Of a stretch of DNA of 64,000 nt, positions 9,648 through 18,770 are shown in pieces. This DNA is from a virus (lineage: Duplodnaviria; Caudoviricetes). Position numbers and translations under genes: made by a program. Position 1 is the first letter of the stretch. Each line of letters opens with the position of its first letter. The notes beneath the pieces are model-generated. The model searched no databases, had not been told where the DNA came from, and worked only from the letters and a program-made list of their open reading frames with translations. The stretch is from positions 30,796 through 94,795 of IMG/VR virus record IMGVR_UViG_3300032216_000903. One strand, written 5' to 3'.

Positions 9648-10845
9648 ACATGCCAGTATCGTCCCATTGATTGGTGGTAATACACTAGCTTCTCAAAATA
9701 TATTTGGTCATAGACCAGACTATCTTCTATCATATTCACCATTTAAAGCCAATGATTCACATCTTGTAAACTATTATGATAATGAAATGCCATATATTTT
9801 ATTAGATGAAGGTGGTAAGTATCCTCACAAGGTCGATGTTGTTACAACGTGTTGCCCTTGTGCAGGTCTCTCGGCTCTATCGCCTTCCGCGTCTGGTACG
9901 AGCGCGATGAACGAATGGATGTTTCGTTCGGCTGAATATGTCCTTGGCAACATCAAGCCTCGTGTATTCTGGGGTGAGAATGCGCCACGTCTGGCATCAA
10001 AGCTTGGAGAACCTGTGGTAGATCGCCTTCGTAAGATTGGCAAGGAGAATGGATATACGTTCTCGATCTTTAAGACCAAGTCAAAAGTACATGGACTCTC
10101 ACAGGTCCGTGAACGTACATTCTACTTCTTCTGGCAAGGAGATAAGATTCCGCTCCTCGAGTACTGCAATCATTCTTCCAATGAACGCATCGAGGATACA
10201 ATCGACATGGCAAAGAATGCGGCCAAGAACGACCCGATGTCTCAGATCCTGGCTTCGAAGAAGGTTCCTTCACAGGATCCTTACTATCGCTACCTTCTCG
10301 AAGAGGTTCATGGAGGCATCTCTCATCGCAAGTTTGCCGAGTCACTCACTCGAACGGCCAACGTGCTTCGCTCGATCGAGGGAGCACCGGGTCACGACTA
10401 CATGCGAGTCGCCGCTTGGATGGAAAAGAACGGATTCTCTAAGCTCGCTGAACGATCCAAGGGAATGCATCTGAAGCTAGGCATGGGTGGAAACATTATG
10501 CGTAAGCAGATCGAGGTACCGTGCGACGTCATCGGCGCATTTGTCGGTCACATGCCCACGATGCTCACACATCACCGTCACGATCGATTCCTCAACGTCC
10601 GTGAGTGCCTATCGATCATGAAGATGCCTCTGGACTTTCAACTCCTGAATCCGCTTCGCAATCTGAATCACGTATGTCAGAACGTTCCGGTCACGACGGC
10701 CGAACATCCGGCTCGAATGGTCAAGATGTTCCTCGAAGATAAGCTTCCGCTCGATGACTACGCGGACGGATTCTTGATTCAGGACAATGTGCGCCAGTGC
10801 GTCACGTCTGGAGAAGCGGCCTCACTGGAAACATTTATGGCTTAA
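9640..10845 (+). CDS. divergent C5-cytosine DNA methyltransferase-like protein
   Basis: PCAGLS (motif IV), GENAP (VI), QVRER (VIII), RFLNVRE, QNV; motif I is degenerate (VPLIGG). Confidence 0.75.
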   Translation: MIKHASIVPLIGGNTLASQNIFGHRPDYLLSYSPFKANDSHLVNYYDNEMPYILLDEGGKYPHKVDVVTTCCPCAGLSALSPSASGTSAMNEWMFRSAEYVLGNIKPRVFWGENAPRLASKLGEPVVDRLRKIGKENGYTFSIFKTKSKVHGLSQVRERTFYFFWQGDKIPLLEYCNHSSNERIEDTIDMAKNAAKNDPMSQILASKKVPSQDPYYRYLLEEVHGGISHRKFAESLTRTANVLRSIEGAPGHDYMRVAAWMEKNGFSKLAERSKGMHLKLGMGGNIMRKQIEVPCDVIGAFVGHMPTMLTHHRHDRFLNVRECLSIMKMPLDFQLLNPLRNLNHVCQNVPVTTAEHPARMVKMFLEDKLPLDDYADGFLIQDNVRQCVTSGEAASLETFMA

Positions 10846-10887
10846 TCGGTGTACAATTAACAATCATCAGTTTATATTATCAGCTCT

Positions 10888-11961
10888 ATGGCAACATCTA
10901 CATCACTACTCGAACGCCTCAAGAAGGCATCTAAGATCGACGGCGCGGAAGTCATGGCGGACTCAAAGCTATTTGGCGTGAAGGAGTTCACTAAGACGGA
11001 AGTGCCCATGATCAACGCGGCGCTCTCTGGTTCACTCGACGGCGGCCTGACCTCTGGCCTGACCGTGCTGGCTGGTCCCTCTAAACACTTCAAGACCTCG
11101 TTCGGCCTGCTCATGGTCGGCGCCTATCTGAAGCAGAATCCGGATGCCGTGTGCATGTTCTACGACTCCGAGTTTGGATCTCCGCAGTCTTACTTCACCT
11201 CGTTCGGCATCGATCCCTCTCGAGTCCTTCATACGCCGATCACGAACGTCGAAGAACTCAAGTTCGATCTGGTCTCTCAGCTCCAGAACATCAATCGCGG
11301 CGACAAGGTCATCATCATGATCGACTCCATCGGCAATCTGGCTTCAAAGAAAGAAGTGGAGGACGCGATCAACGAGAAGTCCGTGGCCGACATGACTCGA
11401 GCAAAAGCTCTGAAGGGTCTGTTCCGCATGGTCACTCCCATGTTGACTCTGAAGGACATTCCTCTCTTGGCGGTCAATCACATCTATATGACTCAGGAGA
11501 TGTACTCTAAGCCGGTCGTCTCTGGTGGTACCGGCATCTACTACTCGGCCGATACGATCTGGATCATCGGTCGTCAGCAGGATAAAGACGGAGACGAGAT
11601 GAAGGGCTATCACTTCATCATCAACGTCGAGAAGTCCCGCTTCGTCCGCGAGAAGTCCAAGATCCCGATCTCTGTGTCTTGGGAAGGTGGCATCGAGAGG
11701 AACTCCGGTCTGCTCGACGTTGCGTTCGAGGGTGGATATGTTACCAAGCCTCAGGTCGGCTGGTACGTCGCCCACGATCCGAAGACCAAGAAGGACCTGT
11801 CCAAGAAGCTCCGCGCCGATCAGACCTTCGACGACTCGTTCTGGAATTCCATCTACGAAAAGACTGACTTCAAAGAATATGTTAAGAACCGCTACTCAAT
11901 GGGCCACAAGGAAATGCTTACGTCTCGTCCGAATGCTGGGTCTGAAGAAGATGCCGATTGA
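10888..11961 (+). CDS. uvsX: UvsX RecA-like recombinase
   Basis: AGPSKHFKT Walker A, YDSEFG, DSIGNLAS. Confidence 0.96.
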   Translation: MATSTSLLERLKKASKIDGAEVMADSKLFGVKEFTKTEVPMINAALSGSLDGGLTSGLTVLAGPSKHFKTSFGLLMVGAYLKQNPDAVCMFYDSEFGSPQSYFTSFGIDPSRVLHTPITNVEELKFDLVSQLQNINRGDKVIIMIDSIGNLASKKEVEDAINEKSVADMTRAKALKGLFRMVTPMLTLKDIPLLAVNHIYMTQEMYSKPVVSGGTGIYYSADTIWIIGRQQDKDGDEMKGYHFIINVEKSRFVREKSKIPISVSWEGGIERNSGLLDVAFEGGYVTKPQVGWYVAHDPKTKKDLSKKLRADQTFDDSFWNSIYEKTDFKEYVKNRYSMGHKEMLTSRPNAGSEEDAD

Positions 11962-12238
11962 GGACATCGACTACGTGCTGATGACGTCGCCGAACGTCCC
12001 CGGTGTGACGATGGTAAAATTGTTGACCGGGGAGTTTGCCGGCACGCTATATAGCTACGAGTACGTTCGTGTGACCGAAGAGCCGAGCCTCGGCGTGGCA
12101 AAGTTGTCGTTCAACTACACGCTGTACTCTCGATCCGACGTCTCAAATAATCCTAGGTTTCAACACTATGCAGGCGATCTGCTCACAGGAATACTGTCGA
12201 GTCAGGACGCAAAGATTGGAAAATTGAATGGAAAGTAA
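11951..12238 (+). CDS. small protein at the T4 gene 40 position
   Basis: synteny uvsX-X-41; ATG at 11951. Confidence 0.5.
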   Translation: MPIEDIDYVLMTSPNVPGVTMVKLLTGEFAGTLYSYEYVRVTEEPSLGVAKLSFNYTLYSRSDVSNNPRFQHYAGDLLTGILSSQDAKIGKLNGK

Positions 12239-13625
12239 TCTACAAAAATTAGTACTACAGACGTTTATCAACGACGAGGGCTACTGTCGCAAGGCGATGC
12301 CTCACGTCAAGCCCGAATACTTCGAGGGAGGCGAGCGCGTGGCCTATGAGCTCATGCTCGAGTTCATCCTCAAGTACAATAAGCTCCCGACGACTCCGGC
12401 TTTGATGATCGAGCTCGAGAGGTCGACCAATGGCTCGCTCGAGACTCGCAATCAGGCCGCTGAGATCCTTGCAGATCTACAGAAGCCAGAGAAGGTCGAC
12501 CTCGACTGGCTCCTTCATCAGACCGAGAAGTGGTGTCAGGAACGCTCCGTGTTCTTGGCCGTCATGGAGTCCATCGCGATCATCGACGGCAAGCGCAAGG
12601 ACGTGGCTCCCGGAATGATTCCAAACATCCTGCAGAAAGCTCTATCCGTCACGTTCGATACCAACGTCGGTCACGACTACATCGAGAACGCGACTCAGCG
12701 GTACGAGTACTATCATAAGAAGGAGACTCGCCTGCCGTTCGACATCGAGATGCTAAACTCCATCACTCGAGGCGGAGTGCCCAAGAAGACTCTGAACATC
12801 GTGATGGCCGGTGTGAACGTAGGTAAGTCCCTAGTCATGTGTCACTTGGCCGCGTCGTATCTGGCACAGGGAAAGAATGTCCTGTACATCACGCTCGAAA
12901 TGTCTGAGGAGAGGATCGCCGAGCGCATCGACGCTAACCTCTTCGACGTTACCCTCGATCAGATCGAAGCCCTACCTCGAGACGTGTTCGATTCCAAGGT
13001 AAAGAAGATCGCCGCGAAGACTCAGGGCAAGCTGATCATCAAGGAGTATCCAACGGCGGCCGCACACTCTGGTCACTTTCGAGCCCTGCTGAACGAGCTG
13101 AAGATGAAGAAGAACTTCATTCCCGAGATCATCTTCATCGACTACATCGGCATTTGTTCGTCGGCTCGAGTGAAGGGTCTATCCGGATCCGTGAACACCA
13201 ACTCGTTCGTCAAGGCCGTGTCAGAAGAGCTCAGAGGGCTCGCCATCGAGTTCAACGTTCCGATCTGGACTGCCACGCAGGTCAATCGTATGGGCATGAA
13301 CTCGTCGGATCCGAACATGACGGACATCGCCGATTCATTTGCTCTGACTGGAACGGCAGACTTCATGATCTCTTTGACCGAGACCGAGCAGCTCGAGAAG
13401 CTTGGTCAGTACATGGTGAAGCAGCTCAAGAATCGATACAACAACAAGACGTCAAACAAACGCTTCATCGTCGGAGTGGATAAATCTAAGATGCGCCTGT
13501 ACGACGTGAATGCATCCGGTCAGACGATGATCGACTCAGCGGCTCCTGAACCTGCGGCTTCTTCTGGTCCTAAGCCGTGGGACAAAGGTCGTAAGGTCGT
13601 GTCGATCGCAAACATCAAAGTATAA
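12228..13625 (+). CDS. 41: replicative DNA helicase gp41
   Basis: AGVNVGKS, ITLEMSEE, IIKEYPT, IDY, TATQVNR. Confidence 0.96.
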   Translation: MESNLQKLVLQTFINDEGYCRKAMPHVKPEYFEGGERVAYELMLEFILKYNKLPTTPALMIELERSTNGSLETRNQAAEILADLQKPEKVDLDWLLHQTEKWCQERSVFLAVMESIAIIDGKRKDVAPGMIPNILQKALSVTFDTNVGHDYIENATQRYEYYHKKETRLPFDIEMLNSITRGGVPKKTLNIVMAGVNVGKSLVMCHLAASYLAQGKNVLYITLEMSEERIAERIDANLFDVTLDQIEALPRDVFDSKVKKIAAKTQGKLIIKEYPTAAAHSGHFRALLNELKMKKNFIPEIIFIDYIGICSSARVKGLSGSVNTNSFVKAVSEELRGLAIEFNVPIWTATQVNRMGMNSSDPNMTDIADSFALTGTADFMISLTETEQLEKLGQYMVKQLKNRYNNKTSNKRFIVGVDKSKMRLYDVNASGQTMIDSAAPEPAASSGPKPWDKGRKVVSIANIKV

Positions 13626-13628
13626 ATT

Positions 13629-14288
13629 ATGAAGAACACGGTAGAACTAATCGGCCACTACGGCTCAGATCAAATACACGCATGCTCCGCATGGACGTCA
13701 ACGTCACGAGAACTATCAGATGAAAAAGTACAACGCATTCCTAAACTTCTCAAGATGTTGGCTGATCAAGGTCATCACACTCCCTTTGAAAAGTCTAGCC
13801 TTCATTTTCTGGTCGATTGTGATATTGCTTCTCACATTCACATACTTAAGCATCGGGTTGGCGTTTCTGTCAATGGTGAGTCTGCAAGGTATAAAGAACT
13901 TAAAGAAGACAAGTACTACCTCCCCGAAGACTGGAGAGGAGTAGCCGATTCGGAACTCGCTGAATACAACGTCGAGACGAACTGGGCAAACAATCTGAAG
14001 GCATACACGGAGAAGGGCAACGAGCTGTACCATCGCTGCATCAAGGATCTGGAACCGGTACTCGGTCGTAAGCGTGCTAAAGAGTCCGCACGATTCTTCA
14101 AGACGTACAACTCGCGGATTCAGGCCGACGTGATGTTCAACTGGCGATCCTTTGCCCACTTCTTGAATCTGAGGAACAAACCAGATGCTCAGCTCGAGAT
14201 TCGTGAGATCGCAGCCGAGATGCTTCGTCTGGTCAAGGAGATTCCCGGCAATCCGTACGAGCACACCGTCGCGGCATTTGGACTATGA
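13629..14288 (+). CDS. thyX: flavin-dependent thymidylate synthase ThyX
   Basis: HHTPFE, KHR...SARY, LR...AQLEIR. Confidence 0.92.
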   Translation: MKNTVELIGHYGSDQIHACSAWTSTSRELSDEKVQRIPKLLKMLADQGHHTPFEKSSLHFLVDCDIASHIHILKHRVGVSVNGESARYKELKEDKYYLPEDWRGVADSELAEYNVETNWANNLKAYTEKGNELYHRCIKDLEPVLGRKRAKESARFFKTYNSRIQADVMFNWRSFAHFLNLRNKPDAQLEIREIAAEMLRLVKEIPGNPYEHTVAAFGL

Positions 14289-15010
14289 AGATACCGTATC
14301 GCATCGACTTGGCAGGAGGTTGGCTCGATCAGCCCTTCGTCTCTAAGCTGTGTCCCGGGTGCGTACTTGGTATCTCCATCGAGCCGACCGTCGAATTCAA
14401 CGATCGATCTGGCATGGCGACGAGCACTCGATATAAAGCCATCGATCTTTGGCAGAATGAAATTCCACAAGGAGATTCAGAGAGACTCGCCAAGATCTTA
14501 TTCGCATATGAGAATCCTCCTGGCACGGTCGAAGTGGCTGGTTCGCAGGACGCGATCAACCTCGTGATGCCTGCACTGAAGCGATTGAATTACACAGGCA
14601 ACTATTGGCCATCGAGCATTGAAGTCATAGATGATGAGGCTACACTCTCTTGGCTCGAATCGTGCTTATATCTCATACCTCTTGAACCTCGAAATGGCGA
14701 ATATGATGTCTTGAGTAATCAGAATGTCACTCAGGAAAATGTAGCCAGACTGGCATCGGCGGCCGATTTATGTTGGAATGCCATTCGAAATCACGATGTA
14801 GCTTCACTTGGTAAACATATGCGAGAGTCGTTTGAAGCTCAGGTGTATATGTTTCCAAATATGATCAACTCGCATATACAGAAGTTCATAAATCAGTATC
14901 AGTCACAGGCACTCGGATGGAAGATCTCTGGAGCAGGCGGAGGAGGCTACTTGATATTTGTCAGCGACAGGCCCATAATCAACAGCATTCAAATAAAGAT
15001 ACGCCGATGA
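14285..15010 (+). CDS. GHMP-family sugar kinase (HddA/Fkp-like)
   Basis: PYRIDLAGGWLD, SGMATS, GSQD, KISGAGGGG. Confidence 0.85.
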   Translation: MKIPYRIDLAGGWLDQPFVSKLCPGCVLGISIEPTVEFNDRSGMATSTRYKAIDLWQNEIPQGDSERLAKILFAYENPPGTVEVAGSQDAINLVMPALKRLNYTGNYWPSSIEVIDDEATLSWLESCLYLIPLEPRNGEYDVLSNQNVTQENVARLASAADLCWNAIRNHDVASLGKHMRESFEAQVYMFPNMINSHIQKFINQYQSQALGWKISGAGGGGYLIFVSDRPIINSIQIKIRR

Positions 15011-15165
15011 CCGAGATCATTGTTACGGACATGACGCTTGACGACCTGTTCATTGCCATGCAGCCCACGGAGGAAGACCGTGAGCAGGCCAGGCACTGGA
15101 TAGAATCCGAACGTCGTATAAATACAGCCAGCACACATGAAATCATTCAAAAACTACCTCTCTGA
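15007..15165 (+). CDS. small hypothetical protein
   Basis: ATGA overlap with the kinase stop. Confidence 0.4.
   Translation: MTEIIVTDMTLDDLFIAMQPTEEDREQARHWIESERRINTASTHEIIQKLPL
15117..15124 (+). promoter_or_regulatory. T4-type late promoter TATAAATA
   Basis: exact consensus 12 nt before the ATG at 15137. Confidence 0.8.
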
Positions 15166-16657
15166 AGGCATCTCACCGGCTGGCCTGCACAAGGCAGCCG
15201 TGCTGATCAAGTCATACCTCCATCGCAAACTCGAGGCCGAGCTGTTTCACTTTCCCGACGCGGAAGAATACAAGAGCGACGAGTACGGCCATGGATACGG
15301 CATTCGATTCTTCATTCCCGCCGGCAATCGCTCGGTCCGCATCAACTGGACGGCGGCGAACTCGATCGGCATGACCGGTGTGTCTTCGGCCGACGTGTGG
15401 TTGGATTCCAAGACGCCGTATCACGTCAAGTTTGACGCCGAGCAGTCTCTGGTCCAGACCCTTCCGATCATCGCGGACATCCTGACTGGCGACACCAAGT
15501 CTGGTCACTTTCTCACTCCTCCGGCCAAGGTCGACCTGAACGAGTCGCTCGACATGCGCACGGCTTCCCTGCTCATCGAGTCCGTCCATCCCGAAGAGGC
15601 CTACGACGGCATCGTAGCGATGATCAAGGACAATCGCTTCAAGAAGTACGGACCCGGTTCCGTGTACGATCAGTATCGCAAGACCGGTGAGCTCATCTTC
15701 AATGCACTGGTCAAGGCGTTTCCTCAGTACATCACGAAGAAGGGTGCAGGATTCATCTGGTCCGGTAAGCCCGAAGACGTCCGTGACTTGGTCATCGCCA
15801 AGTCGAAGATCCTCTCGGACCTCGGATGTACCGGTGCGTCCGTCTCTCGCGGATCGGCCGAAGAGTATCCGGCGGATCCCAAGACGGAAAAGCTGATCGA
15901 ACGCCTCCCTTTTAAGACGCAGCTCGCTGACCTCCGTCACCTGATCAAGATGACGATCGGCGGATCCTCGAACGCCCTCTTCGTTGCCGGTCGCGGCGGC
16001 GTCGGTAAGACCCATACGGTCGAGGAAGTGCTGCATGAACTCGGTCTCAAGGACGGCGACGGCTACTTCAAGAACACGGGCACGGCTTCTCCTGCCGGTC
16101 TGTACACCCTCCTCTTTCGCTACAAAGACGGCGTGATCCTGTTCGACGACTCGGACGACGCGCTGAAGGATCAGGAAGCACGCAACATCCTGAAGGCGGC
16201 GACGGACACCAAGAAAGTCCGTAAGCTCGTCTGGAATAAACGTGGATCCAACGTCGTGGATCCGGACGACGACCGTTCGGACGAAGAGATCCTGGACGCC
16301 GGTGAGATTCCTCGCTACTTCGAATTCACGGGCAAGGTCATCTTCATCTCGAACCTGAACATGGACAAACTCGATCCGGACGGCGCCATTCGCACCCGCG
16401 CTTATATGATCGACATCAATCCCACGGACGACGAGGTGTACGACTTCATGGAAGAGATTTGCGACAAGGTCCCATTGCAGTCCGGTTTGTCCCTCTCACA
16501 TAAAGATCGCTTGAAAGTCATCTCGATCCTGCGTCAGGGCAAGTCGAAACAGACGGCCAATCTTCGTAAGCTCTCACGCGGCCTGAACATGTATGCGGCG
16601 GGCGGCGCCAATCTGAGCGAGGAAGAACTGGTGCGAATGATCTCGACGTACGCTTAA
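15137..16657 (+). CDS. AAA+ ATPase with capsid-targeting-like N-terminus
   Basis: GRGGVGKT Walker A, ILFDDSD Walker B, IFISN sensor; N-terminus MKSFKNYLSE. Confidence 0.75.
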   Translation: MKSFKNYLSEGISPAGLHKAAVLIKSYLHRKLEAELFHFPDAEEYKSDEYGHGYGIRFFIPAGNRSVRINWTAANSIGMTGVSSADVWLDSKTPYHVKFDAEQSLVQTLPIIADILTGDTKSGHFLTPPAKVDLNESLDMRTASLLIESVHPEEAYDGIVAMIKDNRFKKYGPGSVYDQYRKTGELIFNALVKAFPQYITKKGAGFIWSGKPEDVRDLVIAKSKILSDLGCTGASVSRGSAEEYPADPKTEKLIERLPFKTQLADLRHLIKMTIGGSSNALFVAGRGGVGKTHTVEEVLHELGLKDGDGYFKNTGTASPAGLYTLLFRYKDGVILFDDSDDALKDQEARNILKAATDTKKVRKLVWNKRGSNVVDPDDDRSDEEILDAGEIPRYFEFTGKVIFISNLNMDKLDPDGAIRTRAYMIDINPTDDEVYDFMEEICDKVPLQSGLSLSHKDRLKVISILRQGKSKQTANLRKLSRGLNMYAAGGANLSEEELVRMISTYA

Positions 16658-16675
16658 TCACCCAAGCAAGTCACG

Positions 16676-16708
16676 AAGGCCGGATTTCGCAAGGAGTCCG
16701 GCCTTTTT
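16676..16708 (+). terminator. rho-independent terminator
   Basis: aaggccggattt-cgcaa-ggagtccggcctt followed by U tract. Confidence 0.85.
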
Positions 16709-16730
16709 GCTGCACACAATTAGATCATAA

Positions 16731-16819
16731 ACTCATGCAAGTCGTTGGTATTCAACTGCGAAATTATTTCATTTTCTTGTGTACATTTTACGAGGGCGTG
16801 TTATACTTATCTCAGAATG
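16731..16819 (+). promoter_or_regulatory. repeated early promoter cassette, copy 1
   Basis: gcaagtcgttg.tattcaac...tttcattttcttGTGTACA...TATACT.tatctcagaATG. Confidence 0.85.
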
Positions 16820-17197
16820 AAGAACGAATACAGTCAGTCGCAGATCGAACTCAAGGCCCACATCGAAGCCGAAAACGCTAAGGCCGCCGCTTGGGTGGCC
16901 GAGGATCCGGCCAATCGGTTCTCCGGCATGGTGACATCCAATCCGGACCACTGGGCCACCTACGGGATCTTCACGGTCGAGCAGTACCTGTTTTCGATGG
17001 CCAAGTCCGCCTACTCGGACTCGTACAAGTCCCTCTGGGGCACGCGGCCGGATCTCTCGCGGTTCACGACCCTCGCGGAGATCGAGTCGGCTCAGAAGTC
17101 CGTCGACTCCGAGATGAAGTCGTCCATGTACGAGGAGGATATTCGTCACGGCGAGGAATTCTCGAAGGAGATGGCCGCTGGATTCGGCTGGATCTGA
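16817..17197 (+). CDS. early hypothetical protein
   Basis: ATG directly after the promoter cassette. Confidence 0.75.
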   Translation: MKNEYSQSQIELKAHIEAENAKAAAWVAEDPANRFSGMVTSNPDHWATYGIFTVEQYLFSMAKSAYSDSYKSLWGTRPDLSRFTTLAEIESAQKSVDSEMKSSMYEEDIRHGEEFSKEMAAGFGWI

Positions 17198-17261
17198 TTG
17201 CGAAATTCTTTCATTTTCTTGTGTACATTTTACGAGGGCGTGGTATTATTATATCAGAATG
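17198..17261 (+). promoter_or_regulatory. repeated early promoter cassette, copy 2 (lacks upstream palindrome)
   Basis: near-identical to 16760-16819. Confidence 0.85.
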
Positions 17262-17450
17262 AAGAACAAAACAACATCTAAGACTAACAAACAACAGGAA
17301 CTCAACGCCTTCAAGGCCGGCATGGACTACGCGGCCCTTCAGATCTTGCCCTTATGCCAAGATCTGGATCATGCTCAAATCAAGATCATGATCAAGACTC
17401 TGCGCCTGAAGAGCATTCCGGCCAATTTCACATCCTTTCACAACTCCTGA
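17259..17450 (+). CDS. early hypothetical protein
   Basis: ORF after the cassette. Confidence 0.65.
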   Translation: MKNKTTSKTNKQQELNAFKAGMDYAALQILPLCQDLDHAQIKIMIKTLRLKSIPANFTSFHNS

Positions 17451-17457
17451 TCCCACT

Positions 17458-17883
17458 ATGCTCAAGATCAATTTCGAAGAACCCTTCAACAACAAGAAGG
17501 CGGATCTGTTCGAATCCTTGACGATCTTTGCCCTGAAGAAGCTGGCTCCCAAGGCTTACTCGAAGATCACGGTCAACTTCGAAATGATCAAGAACTTTGA
17601 ACGGGACGAGGGCCTCGAGGCGCTCATGACGCCGGACATTGACAAGGATCAGTACACGATCTCGCTCGATGCCGGACTCGACATGCGAAAGGCCCTTCTG
17701 GCCGTCGCCCACGAGTTGGTCCATGTAAAGCAGTTTGCCCTTGGTGAGAATCTCGATGCGGAAAAGAAACGCGACTACTTCGACGATCCGCTCGAGATCG
17801 AGGCTTACGGACGTGAGCTCGGACTTTACACACGTTGGTGTGAGAAACACGGACACGCAAAGAAGTACAAGTGGTGCACATAA
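17458..17883 (+). CDS. zincin-like metallopeptidase domain protein
   Basis: AHELVHVKQ...PLEIEAY. Confidence 0.7.
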   Translation: MLKINFEEPFNNKKADLFESLTIFALKKLAPKAYSKITVNFEMIKNFERDEGLEALMTPDIDKDQYTISLDAGLDMRKALLAVAHELVHVKQFALGENLDAEKKRDYFDDPLEIEAYGRELGLYTRWCEKHGHAKKYKWCT

Positions 17884-17886
17884 TCT

Positions 17887-18129
17887 ATGAAATATAAAAC
17901 AACAATCACTACAGTATCCATCCACTCAGAAAATGTGAATCCTGTATATGGCGAAGGCGTTACCCATTTATGCATCCAAGACGAAGGCGCTGGGCCGTTT
18001 ATTACGTTGACACAAGTGGGGGAGAATAAGTCTGACTGTATTCGCATCGACATGGAGGAGCTGGAACTGATTACGGCGGAGGCGAAAAAGCTAATTGGAC
18101 AATTCCCAAAAGAAAAGAAACAAATATGA
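17887..18129 (+). CDS. hypothetical protein
   Basis: ORF in operon. Confidence 0.65.
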   Translation: MKYKTTITTVSIHSENVNPVYGEGVTHLCIQDEGAGPFITLTQVGENKSDCIRIDMEELELITAEAKKLIGQFPKEKKQI

Positions 18130-18446
18130 ACTACACCGACAACCAACTTAAAGCGGCATTGGCAAAGATGCTGCCGGATGATTTATACATCACATTGGAC
18201 GGGATACAATTGCACTGGTCAAATGCCAGCGAAAAATGTTTACGCGAATGGCGTGGATGGGAAGTACGCGACACCGAACTCCTGCACCTGTGCTGGCTAG
18301 TGGAAGAAGAAGTATTTTTTGGCAAATCATTTGAATGCCTAGACGCATTGGATAAAGTCACTTTCTTCAACGACTTTATGCGGACTAATGCAACATGGCA
18401 AAATCGCGTCATCGCATTGGCAAAAGCGAAAGGGATTGAGATATGA
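18126..18446 (+). CDS. hypothetical protein
   Basis: ATGA-coupled ORF. Confidence 0.65.
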   Translation: MNYTDNQLKAALAKMLPDDLYITLDGIQLHWSNASEKCLREWRGWEVRDTELLHLCWLVEEEVFFGKSFECLDALDKVTFFNDFMRTNATWQNRVIALAKAKGIEI

Positions 18447-18766
18447 AGACAACAAAACTGCAGAATCAAGTACCTCTCGAGATGGATTCGCTCGACATTC
18501 CTCCGGGTCAGGTGAGACGTCGAGTCGGCGACGTGTTTCTATTCTCTCGAGACAAGTACGTCATTGAGTCCGTGTCCGCCTCTCGTGCCGTCGCAAGGTG
18601 CCTGGCTCGTCAGAAGCACATGATCACGGACGGAATGACTGGAACGAAGGTCGAAGCCGAGACGACGCCTACATACATCTCGATCTCTAACTGCTGCGAT
18701 CGCGCGGACGTGATTGATCACATTCTAGGATATCAGGCACCAGTGGCCGTCGTCAAGCCTACATAA
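18443..18766 (+). CDS. hypothetical protein
   Basis: ATGA-coupled ORF. Confidence 0.65.
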   Translation: MKTTKLQNQVPLEMDSLDIPPGQVRRRVGDVFLFSRDKYVIESVSASRAVARCLARQKHMITDGMTGTKVEAETTPTYISISNCCDRADVIDHILGYQAPVAVVKPT

Positions 18767-18770
18767 TTCA

